DNA from: Glaucostegus cemiculus
Taxonomy: Eukaryota
NCBI GenBank assembly: GCA_976551045.1
Contig: CDPCPM010000012.1
Location: forward strand, 19,840,001-19,904,000
Direction of reading: 5' to 3'
DNA: 64,000 bases
Each line of letters opens with the position of its first letter. Within the stretch, counting starts at the first letter, position 1. A program made the translations under genes and the position numbers. Under the pieces are notes generated by a model. The model was not told where the DNA came from and ran no database searches. It saw nothing but the letters and a program-made list of their open reading frames with translations. Shown here one piece after another: positions 39,670 to 52,100 of the stretch.

Positions 39670-41940
39670 AGCAATTAGTTGCAGGAATAGGCCACTTGGC
39701 CCCTCAAGCCTGTTCCACCACTTAATAAGATTATGACCAATCTAATTATAAACTCAACTTCACATTCACATACACCCACAGTAACCTTTCACCTCGTTTA
39801 TCAAGAATCTACCTAGCACTATCTTAAAAATATGCAAAGATTCTATTTCCAGCATCCCTTGAGGAAGGGAGTTCCAAAGACCGTCAATGCTCTGAGAAAA
39901 AAAATTCATCTCATCTCCCTTAAATGGGTAACCTGTAGTTCTAGATACTCCCACAATTGAAAACACCCTCTCCACATCCACCATGTCAAGACTCCCCATG
40001 ATCTTGTAGGTTTCAATCAAGTCCTCCCTCAGTTTTCTAAACAAGTTCAGCCTGTTTGACCTTTGCTCAAACTACAAGCCGCCATTCCACATTATATCTA
40101 GCAAAACATCTCTGAACTGATTCCAAAACATGAACATTTTCCCTAAATAAGGAGACCAATAATGTACACAATACTCCTGATGTGGTCTAACCAATGCCCT
40201 GTACAAATGAATTTCCCCACTGTTATAATTAGTTTCTCTCTAAATTACAACATTCCAATTCCGTTACACAATGTCCATTACATCCTGCAAACCAGATAAA
40301 AAACCCTCTTAAGCCTGACTATCTGTGTTAGTGAGCTAATCTTCTATCCACACCATGACCTCTTCCTATGCATCCTTTGCTCCCCACTAGTTCAGATGAG
40401 TGAAGTACAGAGAAGTTGAGATGTTCTTGTGCAGGAATCACAAAGAGTTAGCAGCTTGGTTAGGAGGGCAAAAGATATATTGGCCTTTACCGCAAGAGGG
40501 GCGGAGTTTAGAAATATGGAAGTATTGTTACAATTGTACAGGGTGTTGGTAAGGCCACACCGGCAGTACTGTGCACAGTTTTGGTCCCCTTGTTTAAGAA
40601 AGGATATACTGGCATTGGAGGCAGTCCAAAAGAGATTCCCTAGGCTAATTCCTGCAATGAGAGGGTTGTCCTATCACGAACAGTTAAAAAAAATTAGATC
40701 TGTATCTTTGAGTTGAGAAGAATGAGGGATGATGTTATTGAAACATACAAAATCCTAAAGGGGTTTGACAGATAGATGTTGAAGGGTTTCATCTCTTGGG
40801 AGAATCTCAAAGGAGGGGTACAAAAGTAGATACATTTTTAAAAGATTAAGGAATTGAGGGCTATGGGAAACTGGAACAAAAGAGATGAGGCCCAAGTCAG
40901 ATCGTGATCATGTTGATTGGCAGGGCAGGATTGAGGGGCGCAGTTGCCTGCTTCTCCTGTTTTTTTATGTTATATCCTGCTACCTTTAAGGATCTTTGGA
41001 CATACATCCTAAGGGCCCTGTGTTTCCACACATCACTCAATAACCTCCCACTCATCGTGCATTCCCATGCCTTCTTCGTCTTGCCCAGCTCTATTACCCA
41101 ATTTCTCAGTGTTAAATTCCATCTGTCAATGTCAGCCCGAAGGACCAGAAAGTCCATTCCTTCCTGCTGTCTACTTCTTTCTCTTCAGTTAACCACACAA
41201 CAAAACTTCATGTTATTTATCCTTTCCAAACTTCTTTATCGTTTCCCAAACAGTGAAATTTAAATCATTAATAAATATGACATGACTTGAGATGAAGTAC
41301 TGAGCTCAGAGGAACTTCATTGTTAACAGCACTCCAGTCATATAAACACCCATCAACTTTCATCTTTTGCACCTTACTTCCAATCTAACTTCCTAATCTT
41401 TCTCTTGGGTCGCATGAGCTTCTATTTTTTTTGACTAGCCTGGCACATGGCACCTTTTCAAATATCTTGCTAGAAGTCCATGTTGACAACATCACATGCA
41501 GCAGAGAAGGGAGAAACATGAAGAGTAGAAGGGCAAGAGGCTGAGCACAAGAGGTTATTAAACAATCTTCACGGGATGGGGGGGGGGTAGTAAATAAACT
41601 GGTTATAGACAGAGAATTCTTTAAGAGACGGAAGTACATGGATTATTTCCAGAGTGGGAAGATGGATTAATGGGAAATACAACTATAGATGCTGGGGACC
41701 CTGCTTTTTATAATCGATATCAATGATTTGAATGAGCAATCCAAATGTAGTTGATCCTAATTTGCTGATAGTATTAAGCTGGGCAGCAGTGGGTTGCAAG
41801 GAGGATGCAGAGAACCTCCTGGTATGTAGACAAGCTAAATGAATGAGCAAGGACAGATGGAATATTATGTGGAAAAGTGTCAGGTCAGCCACTTGAGAAA
41901 AATAGAAATGTGCTTTTAAAAATGGTGGGAGATTGAAAGA
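39670..41940. mobile_element. Cluster of CR1 LINE fragments on both strands
   Basis: ORFs 39766-40044 (-), 40429-40716 (+, LYRVLVRPH.QYCAQFWSP) and 40897-41157 (-) are CR1 ORF2 pieces. Confidence 0.8.
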
Positions 41941-42364
41941 CAAACTTGTTTCTCTTTTCTAGTCCTAGTGAAGTCTGAAATGTTAACTGTTTCTCCCTCC
42001 ACAGATGCTGTATGACCTGCTGAAATGTTTCCAGCATTGTCTGTTTTTATTGCAGGAGAATAAAAGGTGTTGGTGGTCAGAGGGTCCCAAGTGTCCTTAT
42101 GCACAAATCATTTAAAATTAACATACAGGTACAACAAGCATTTAGGAAGAACAAGCTCTACTGGTTATGCTTAGCTACTGCAAGAGGTGCAGAAATCCCA
42201 GAAAATTAACAAGTTTACAAAAATTTGACATAAAGGAAGTAATGGGAAGGATCATTGACACCAGAACAGTAAATGTTAGAATTTTGGTGGAAAGCCTCTT
42301 TTCGCTTTTGGCAGCTGCATAAACCTGTATAGCTTGCAGGTGTAAAAATATACATTGTACTCAC

Positions 42365-42427
42365 ATCACTTAAGTTCAAAGGTTGCTCCAGGGGAGTGAG
42401 CTTAGAAAGCCACGGTCCCTGTTCTTT
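42365..42427 (-). CDS. NICN1: NICN1 coding exon 4
   Basis: cag|AAAGAA..AGTGAT|gtgagt; KEQGPWLSKLTPLEQPLNLSD (cf. human PKWLSHPVPCEQP); 63 nt, phase 0. Confidence 0.85.
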
Positions 42428-43100
42428 CTGTAATAAAACAAAGTTACATCCAACTTTTTAATTAATATTTAATGTTTGGTTGGGTGCATAAAGTCAAACC
42501 TTCTGACGTCCACCAAATTCCCCATGTCCACTGCTGTTTCTGTTTATCTCTGAAGGAAGCAGTTTACAAGAAAAAAAAATCAGTTATGGCTGGTTCATCT
42601 AATATAACAAGAACAGATACAAAATACACAACTGAAATTAAAATAGTTTAAATTGTGTGTGCTGGTCACTTTAATTTCTCCTCTTCCACTGTTGTCTATC
42701 CAACTCATTCCCACCTCGTCCCTTTTCTGCATGACCCCACTATTCCAGACAAGGGGGTCAACTTGATCTACATGTGTGTGGCCCAGCATAATGTTTGAGT
42801 ATTTGGTCTATGTTTGGGACAGAAATATTTTTTGGAATAGAGAATCAGAGGACATAGGACTCAGGGGTTAAGTGAGACTAAAGATTAGCAATGGTCTTAA
42901 TGAATGGCAAAATGTGGTTGAGTGGGTCAAATAATCTAGTTGTGTTAATGCTCAGTCATACAAATTGTGATAACTCAACCAAATTTGCTCTCATGTTCTG
43001 GCAAGACAAATATAATCAGCAAGATTCTTTAGTGAGTCTGAATGGATCTGACAACTGCCAGGTAGCTTACTGGATTTCCAACTGGTTACATAAAAGACCC

Positions 43101-43260
43101 TTGTAGGACAGTGGGAAAATGTTATATCTATTTGAGATTTGTACTTTTGGTTTAGAGAGAGTCAAATGAGAAATTCTCCCCTGTAGGACAGTGGGTAAAT
43201 GTTATATTCATTTGAGATTTGTACTTTTGGTTCAGAGAGATTCTACTAAGAAATTCTCCC
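43101..43260. repeat. 80-bp tandem duplication, 2 diverged copies
   Basis: TGTAGGACAGTGGG..AAATTCTCCC occurs at 43101-43180 and 43181-43260. Confidence 0.9.
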
Positions 43261-46200
43261 AGGTGCCCTCCTGAATGTCTGCTTGTGCTGAATACAGGCC
43301 TTTTGCATCTACAGCTCCAGTCTCTACGTGGTTCATTCAAAGTCACAACAATGTAAATTCAAAGTATTCAAAACTAGTATCGGGGTGGTGACCATGAAGC
43401 TAGTGGACCATCATATTTAAAAAAAATCTGTATCGTTCCCAAATGTCCTTCGGAGAAACAAATCTGTCTTCTGGCCAACAGGTGACTCCAGACCCACCAA
43501 TATAGTTAACTTCCAACTGCCTTCTCAGTTCAGAGCTGATTAGGAGCGGATAACAAACATTGACATTGCCTGTGATATCCACAACCCATGAACAAATAAA
43601 AAAAGCTTTCTCCTTAGCGATTCTTGGTTTTCTCATTTAAATTTAGCTACAAGATTGCATCCTTCCACCCATATTTTGGCAATGATATTTCACTTCATTC
43701 TCTTCTATTTTGTTCACACTGACCTTCTCTTCTGCCTTCATTAATTTACCTAATAGTGTTCACTTCTTCTCAACTTTGTAAAAGGACTAATAAAACTGTT
43801 AGAAGCTTTTAAACAATAAAATGGGAGCAATTTGGCATGAGACAAGAAAGCTATAAAGGATTCTAAAAGTATGCAAAAGGAAAGAGATTAAAAACAGATC
43901 CCACATTTACTAAGATAGAAAAAATAACAGACCAAAAGGAAATGGCAGATATATCAATATAAAGGAAGTATATCAATATACTTTACTGGGAAAAACAAAA
44001 ATATCCATAGTTGTGAACCACGTGTTCAAAAAAGTAAGGAATCTAGAAATGGTAACATTAGTAATATACTGGAGAAATTAATTGGACTGAAAGATGACAA
44101 AATCCCCTAGACGTTAGGTTTTAAAGAAGATGGCTATGGTGTCAGAGGGATGCATTTGTATTAACATTCCAGCATTATGTGAGAGAATTCCTTGTAGAAT
44201 GGAGAGTAGCAAACAGAACAATAGGATTTAAGACCAAGATAAATTAAAAGCATCAATAGTAGGGAAATAACAGATTCTATTACTACAAAATGTAACAAGG
44301 CCCTTAGAAAGTCATTTAACAATTGACAGAATCAACATGAATTAATCCATTCATTTTAGTATTATAAATACATTTGAGAAGAAGCCAGACAAGTTATTAC
44401 ATGAAACTGAGGGTAATTTATCAGCACAGATTGAGAATTATTTAACAATCAGAGAAATATTTCAGATAAAGGAATTATTTCTGGGTTGGCAAGCTGTAAT
44501 TAGTGCAAGGATCAGTGATGGGACATCAGCAATCTACAACAGTATATGTAAGAACCCAGTTTAATGTTTATTGACAATACAAAACTAGACAAGAAAGGAG
44601 TGCGAGAAAAACAAATAAAGGGATATGTACAAGCATAAAAGCATGGGATAGAGAAAATAACAAAGAACCATGTGGTTAAAGCAATAGAAAAGTAGTATAT
44701 TTCTAAAACAGTGAAAACCTGGCAATGTCAAAATTCTTTGGTCAGGCTCATGAATTATTGCAATTTTCTGCACAGGAGTGCTCTGGAAACTAATATTGAA
44801 AAAAATTCAATGCCAGTTCAATTATTAGATGCTTAGGGAACTGACAGTTATGGGAATGGGCAGGAAAGCGTAACTGAGGCCAAGATCAGAATAGCGGAGT
44901 GAGCCTGAGGAGTTGTCTGGTCTACTTCTGCTATTCCATCTTATCTACTTAACAGGGATGAGGTCATGATTCTTTAGATTTATTCCTGAGATGATGAGAG
45001 TGCCGTAGGTGGAGGCAGTGAACAGACTAATTCCATATTCTCTAGAAGCACGACAAGTAACTTCAATGAAACAAGCATAGTTATTGAAGGGTTTCACAGG
45101 GTAAATGCTGGAAGGATGTTCCTTTGAACTTAGAATCAGTGGTCTCAGAATACAATGTAACCATTTAGAAATATGACGGGGAGTAATTTCTTCACTCAAT
45201 GGTCTGGGATTGTTTGGAATTGTTTATTTTCAAGTCACTGTATACAACATGGAAATAATTACATTTCTATAAATTACAGCTACAAAGTATTCTACGTTAG
45301 ACTAATAATATCAAAACTTTTATAATTTTGTTCATACATTTTGTTTCAAGAATGCAGCTTTCTAAATGTGTGTTTTGTGCATTGACTCCTAAACAACTAT
45401 TTTTGTTTGTGAATACAAAGCAGAACAGCCTAGTTGATGACATGGGAGCAGAGGGAAGGGACGAGAAAACAAAATTAGTAATAATTAACGTGTAATAGTA
45501 ATAGTTAAAAAATAAAAAAATCATAAATAGCAATAAACAAATTTAAGTGTGTAGATATTATTTCTATGTTATTAATTTGAGTGCAATTGATTAAGGAAAC
45601 AAATTTGGTGTATTGGCTTGTTATTTTTTAATTAAAAACATTAATTTAAGTCTTAATATATAGGTTCTCATTATGAAATACACCATGTCCTAATTATTTG
45701 TGAGGGACAAGAACACAAACTTCCATGGATACCAAATAAAAACCCATTTGTGCTCAATGCACCCTTCAAATAGACACAAGTATGACCTATAATGTTCAAA
45801 AAGCATTAAAACATTAACATATCTAAAAGGAACTGTTATTAGCTAACAAAGTACTTCAATTAAGTTCATTAAGAGTTGCAAGTAATGGTCAGGTTTTGAA
45901 ATCACAAGGTGCAGCAGTATAAATAAAGACCACTCACTATTCGAACAGCACGCAGTATGGAGCCTCTTGGCACAGTGGTCTGAAAACTGATCACTCTGCT
46001 TACGAACAATGATGGAAGTCCCTAAACTGTATGTATATAGATATGTTAGAAAGAATTCGAGGAGGACTGGGGACGTCAGTGCAGGTACACATATCTGTGG
46101 AGAGCAAATTAATGGATAACAAGGACTGTGTATAACTCACAGATTTTGTAAAGCTTTATTTTAGCAGGGCTCTAAAATAATGTCTAATGATAAGGTAATC

Positions 46201-46443
46201 CATGGTAGACACATGTCAGGAACAGGTGTAAACTAGTTCCCTCAAGCCAGGTCTGAGAGAACATTCTCCCTCTGTAGCAAAATGGGTCCAGTTTATGAAA
46301 AGCATTTCCTGGGATCAAACCAATTAAATTCCCTGTACCACTTATTGTTAATCAGTATATTTTAATAGGCACATATTAATAATTTTTAAAAAGACATTAT
46401 AAATATTTAGGTATTTTGAAGGATGCTGGGCACTGGTACTTAC

Positions 46444-46563
46444 ATCCTTGTTGTGACTGCACTCATATACTTTGATATCTTCCAATGTAAAATTCAGCCA
46501 GACAGGAGAAGGCTGTCGTAGGATCAGTCGCACTGTCACGACATCATTTGGTTCAAATAGCAT
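46444..46563 (-). CDS. NICN1: NICN1 coding exon 3
   Basis: cag|ATGCTA..AAGGAT|gtaagt; MLFEPNDVVTVRLILRQPSPVWLNFTLEDIKVYECSHNKD; 120 nt. Confidence 0.95.
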
Positions 46564-47859
46564 CTGTGGTGAAGCCCAAATACACGTTATTAGTTAATTT
46601 ACATGTTGCGCTTATTGTTGACAAAATGTCACTCTTTGCCTGCAGCAGATAAATTCTAATATATCCCGCAAACACCAAGAGTGCACCTGCTTTCCCATCT
46701 GCCTTCAATATCAAAGCTGGCATTAAACATCGAAAAGCTAGGAAAACATTTATCACTGAAAAGGTCTTTATAGCTCACGTCTTAAATTACAAACATAAAG
46801 TAGCTCATGACTAGAGAAACCATAAAGCAAAAAAAAGTAGGTGCTAGAAATCTAAAATAAAAACAGAAAATAGTAGAAATACAAAGCAGGCCAGTCAGTA
46901 CCAATGGAGGGTGAAACAGAATTAATGTTATGTTGATATTCTGGGAATAGTTAGAGATGAAACAAGTTTTAAGATGCAGAGAAAGCTTCTGAAAGTACAC
47001 AAGGTAAAGTTTGTGATAGGAAAGGAGGCAAAGCAGATTAAGCAGAGAGGGTACAGCAAAGTGAAAGGGAATGTGTCTGGAGGAAGTGCAAGGATGAGGG
47101 ATTAACAAAACATAGTAAGTGAATGCTGGAAATCTGAAATAAAAATGATGGAAATCCTAATTATCTGAATTTATTCTTAGACAGAGTTATACAGCACGGA
47201 AACAAGCCCTTCAGTCCATTGAGTCCATGCTAACCATCAACCACCCTTTTACATCAGTACTACCCTAATCCCACTGTTATCTGTGCTTTGCTTTGTTGGA
47301 AGATGAAGTGGTGCTTCTTGAATTTATGTTGAACTTCAGTGGAGCACAGTAGGAAGTGGAATGCAAAATGAAACAGAGTAAAACAACAAGTAATTGGAAG
47401 CTTGGGATTACCTTTAAGCACTGAAAGGGTGTATTCCAGAAGACATCTAATCTGCATTATGTCTCTCCAGTACAGAGGAGCTCACATTACGAGCTGCACA
47501 TACTGAGTTTTAAGCAGAACATGTCAATTGTTGGTTCACATGGTACTTGGAGGTCTGGCTGCTGGGAAGGAAGAGGCAAAAGGCTGGGTGCTGCATTTCC
47601 TGCAGTTCAACAGAAAGGTACCATGGGAAACAGAATGAGTTTGGTGGAAATGGAAGAATAGATCTGTGCATTCTAGAGGAATCAATCTTTTTCGAATACG
47701 AAGAAGGGAGTAGGGAAGATCTTGTGTCTAGGGAAACAGTGCTTTGTTTTCTGCCAAGGCAAATTACATCCTTAAAATCTCATTATCACGTTGGAGACGT
47801 CAGAACATTCAGATAATGATCCATTGAAATTCGGTGGGTTGGAAATTGAGAACAGTTGA

Positions 47860-48430
47860 GTTGCAGTTATACAAGATATTGGTGAAGCCGTAGTTGGGAG
47901 TATTGGTTATGATTTTGGTCACACTGTAATACAAAAGATGTTAAACTAGAAAGAGTGCAGAAAAGATTTACCAGAATGTTGCCTGGACTTTGGGGCCTGA
48001 ATTACAAGAAGTTGCAATAGACTAGGACTTTATTCCCTGGAACATAGGAGATTGAGGGGTGACCTCATAGAGGTATATAGGATCATGAAGGGCATAGACA
48101 GGGTGAAAGCACATAGTCTTTTACCCCAGGGAGGGGTGCTAAAAACAAGAGGGCATAGGTTTAAAATTGGAGATGAGAGATTTAAAAGGGACATCAGGTG
48201 CAGCTTCTTCATGCAAAGGGTGAAGCATATTTGGAACGAGCTACCAGACATAGTGGTTGAGGCAGGCACATTGGCAACATTTAAAAGCCATCTAGATAAG
48301 TACATCGATAGAAGAGGTTTAGGGTTGTAGGCCAATCACGGGCAGATGGAAGTAGCTTGCTGGGCAACTCAGTTGGTGTAGACGAGTAGTGCCGAAGGGC
48401 TTGCTTCCATGCTGCAAGTGTCTGACTCTA
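47860..48430 (+). mobile_element. CR1 LINE 3' fragment
   Basis: ORF 48052-48330 RGDLIEVYRIMKGIDRV..TRGHRFK..HIWNELP..FKSHLD. Confidence 0.85.
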
Positions 48431-48921
48431 TTTTGTACAATTAAATGAAGCTTACCAAATGAATCAGAACCATTAAATAGATAACATACTTTACACCCGG
48501 TTACAAATAAAATCTCTCCTTTGAATCACCTTGCAATCTGGACACCAAAGCCAGAGTTAAGATTGCTGGATGCTAATGTAATTTATTCTAGGCAGCTGTT
48601 CCTGATGTAATTATTTGCCTGAAAAACTTACAAGTAATGTGTTCAAGTAGCCTCATCCATACCCAGTGTCTGTGGAGTTATTACACAATAATGCTTAAAT
48701 TCAGTGTCTTGGAATTATTTTGTACATAAATATGGCTACCAAGAGGAAATGGAAGACATACTGCTATAAAGGAAATCATATGTTCAGGTTGAAACATAAA
48801 TTAAAATGGTAATCAATTTAGGATTTGTCTCATTTGCTTACAGACATAAGAATTAAAGAGGAAAAATTTTTAAAAATGTATGTGTTCATTCTATTAATAG
48901 AAGAGATGGATCCAATCTGAC

Positions 48922-49107
48922 CTGATGTCTGTAGACAGAAAAATAATCTTGTGATCCATTCTCAGTGTGAGGATTGGGCATCAGACACATGTCGCGCAAG
49001 CAAGTCTTCCACTTCAACAGAGTTTTGTCAGACTCTGCAGACACTCGTTGTTGAAGGCGTATTGTTAGGAAAGCTGTATAATAATTCTTAAATGTGATTT
49101 TCCTAAC
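48922..49107 (-). CDS. NICN1: NICN1 coding exon 2
   Basis: cag|GTTAGG..CATCAG|gtcaga; VRKITFKNYYTAFLTIRLQ..KWKTCLRDMCLMPNPHTENGSQDYFSVYRHQ; 186 nt. Confidence 0.95.
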
Positions 49108-50454
49108 CTGGTCAATGAACAGGAATACAAAACAGATTCAAGAGTCAGTTGTATTGCTTAAGTAACAAATAGTTCAAATAAGTTGATAGAAATAATAAAA
49201 AAAATTAAAACAAAGGACTACACATATTAAAAGTAGATAAACATGATAAACTTGGAATAGATTAAAATTATTTTGAGAGAAAAGCAGCACATCTAAGTTA
49301 ATCAGCCAAATGACAGATTCAGGCTGCCTGAAACAATAGATATCACTAATATATAAACTAGAAAATAACAATCATTTTTCAACCATCATAGATAAATGTA
49401 TCACAAAGGGTATGTTTTGCATTGAAAGGCAGCATTTCCCAAAAAGATGAGGTTGTCATCCTTAACAGCATAGACATTGAGACAGTAAGCCTTTCATTTC
49501 AATGCATGCAAGAAATAATATTTCCTCTTATTCTATTTGACTGTAAATGCCAACTCCAAATTAATCACAAGGTATTTAAAAATACTTTTGCAGGTAAAAT
49601 CCTAAAAGTGTAACATATGAGGTATAACCAAATTTTTAATGTGTTCTAGGCCATAATTGCTCATAAACAATTCTCTCTGGGCCCAAAAAATTGTGTATGC
49701 AATATCAAGTCATAAATATGTCACAAATTCCACACATTCAAAATAATAAATTCAACTTAAAGTTTACAAATATTTTGTCCACTACTTTAATCTGTGTTTT
49801 AATAACTTAACTTTATACTTTTAGATGTTTAAATAATTGCACAGGTAGCAAACCAGAAAGTAAAGAGCAGGATTTTTGTGTGTTTGGCTGCTTACCCTGC
49901 CTACTGACATTTTTGTTGCTGATATCAGCAATCTCTTAGTACTAATTTCTACCAGCAGCCGATGACAGATGAGATCCATCCTACTGATGTTGCTGGCCAT
50001 CATCTGCGAGATCAGTAGCAAAATACAGGCTTAAAATTGTTTTATCCTTGTGCAAGTTGTTTCCCACCACTGTGATCGCTTCTAGCATACGGCTTCACCT
50101 GGGCTCCTGCTCCACTGACTCTGGCTTTGTATTGATTCTCCTATGCATATCCCACCAGTGAAAACTGTAACTTCAGCTGCTTTATTCCAAAAGCCATTCT
50201 TACAAAAATACAGCCTCCAGGGGACAATTAGCTCATTGGCTGGAATGAGTCTACAGCTCCTGAAACTAGTTAGCGCTGCCATCAAGCTACCTCTTTTACT
50301 GATACTTAGGTCACTTTCCTTTTGTCAGCCAGACCCTAATATTATTCAAGACTTATACCTACAATGAGTATCTAATTTAATGTGCAGTAAATTAGTAATT
50401 TTCCACTTTCACTTTTGCCCCTTAATTAATACTTGGGGCACACGATACACATAC

Positions 50455-50586
50455 ATTTGTGAATCTCTCCTTTGGAAAGGTCACCTCAATTACAAACACG
50501 CCAGGCTTTGCAGAATCTGTTTTCAAATCCCCACTCTGTAGTGCGACTGGACTTTTGATTATACATGCAATGCAGTTGTCTGCCAT
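50455..50586 (-). CDS. NICN1: NICN1 first coding exon (exon starts at 50597)
   Basis: MADNCIACIIKSPVALQSGDLKTDSAKPGVFVIEVTFPKERFTN|gtatgt (human MSRVLVPCHVKGSVALQVGD..PGVLVIDVTFP); acceptor ttctacag 11 nt before the ATG; six exons sum to 648 nt = 215 aa + stop. Confidence 0.93.
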
Positions 50587-51721
50587 TTTAGTTGCATCTG
50601 TAGAACAGGAGACTTGTATTAGATGTGATTGTATGCCTACTGAAATACTGAACATTTAACACTGCAGTTGAACTGTGCATAAAACATCCAACAATGGGAA
50701 TTACAAGTTTCCAATAAGTCAAGAAACTCTTTAAAATATTGCATTTAAAAGGCATGAAAATGGTGAAGAAAAATAATGTTTCAAATATAATCTACATCAA
50801 AATATTGACAAGTTGGAACTGTTCTAGACAATGAAAGTTAATTGTATTCTAATTAATATTAAATATCTCTGCATTAAAAGAAGCAGTGCACAAAACCTTG
50901 CAGTAGTGAGGTTTCCATATATTTATAACAATTCACTATAGGATTTTGTCTCCAATTTCCATTTAAAAGCTATCATTCCACTTCTTCTTTTGCAAAGTAC
51001 CAGCTACAAATGGACTTTGAGCAGACTTCAAAGGGCTGCTGTACAATTTGTCTCAATGTAAAGCAACCAAGAACAGAAACTAGAAGAATTAACTATAGTC
51101 ATTACATCTTGTGCAGCAGGACTGGGCTTGTAGGCAAGGGTATTATTAAGTATGACTGAGACACTGTTACTCTACTGGGCCAATGTATTTTATATATTTA
51201 TTGATAAAATGGACCTTGAACTCAATACCTTGCATTTAGCAAACTGACATCTATAATTATTACTTCCAGGATTTGTAAGGTGAATTTTTTAATTCAGAAT
51301 ACCCGACAGAGGAAAATGTGAAAGGAAGAGGAATTTTATTTAGGTGGGCTAGTTCTGACTGTTGGAACATTACTTCAATTGCGTTTAGGAGACACGAGAA
51401 AGAGTGCAGATGCTGGAAATCTGGAGCGACATATAAAATGTTGGAGGAGTTCAGCGGGTCTGGCAGCATCTATGCAGGGATAGAGAGTAGACGTTATGTG
51501 TCGAGACCTTTCCTCATGACAATTTAATTCTTATGAAAGACTGACATGTATCAAATGATTTAATGATAAGTAATCTATTGCTATAGTAATGAAAAATGCG
51601 GTAATATTTTATTTAGAACGATATCAGGAAGACTGAAATTTACTGTTTAAAACTGGACTGAATTTAACGCAATTCCCCATTTATACACTTAAAATGATGA
51701 AGTATCACAAAGATGTCTTAC

Positions 51722-51850
51722 CACTGAGCTACTAATTTAGTGTTAACTATTTTAATTGCTTTTCAATTATAACCAAGCAAAAATTCCCTTTAAGACGAAC
51801 CAACTGCAGTCACTGCCACCATGGTGTCAGGTCACGTCGGAGAGGCGGGT
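51722..51850 (-). other. NICN1: Probable non-coding first exon of NICN1 (5' boundary uncertain)
   Basis: Strong donor CAGTG|gtaaga at 51721 at the edge of a CpG island; the first coding exon has an acceptor, so an upstream exon is required. Confidence 0.55.
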
Positions 51851-52100
51851 CCAGGAAGAGATCACGTGATAGACGCAGGTTGAGGGGCGCGAGCGATGAT
51901 GGGGATGCGAAGTAGCTCACGTGACGGCTTGCGCTCGAAACCCGTCGATCGACCAATCGGGGAATAGATCACGTGAGGCTCGGGCGTTGGAAGAGAAGCC
52001 GTGCTGAGCCCCGAGTGGTCACGTGGGCAGCTACTTTATATATAGGAGGTGGTCGGCGTTTCGCGCCTAATCAGTCGTGAAGAGCAGCGGGGGAGGTGGT
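51810..52100. promoter_or_regulatory. CpG-island promoter with 4 CACGTG E-boxes, CCAAT, TATA, E2F and Inr; likely bidirectional
   Basis: CACGTG at 51863, 51918, 51970, 52020; CCAAT 51953; TATATATA 52037-52044; TTTCGCGC 52059-52066; TCAGTC 52071-52076. Confidence 0.8.

Noticed and set aside
51815-51883. Perfect Kozak GCCACCATGG on the plus strand
   Set aside because: Only 20 codons to TGA and upstream of the apparent plus-strand TATA/Inr; no coding evidence.
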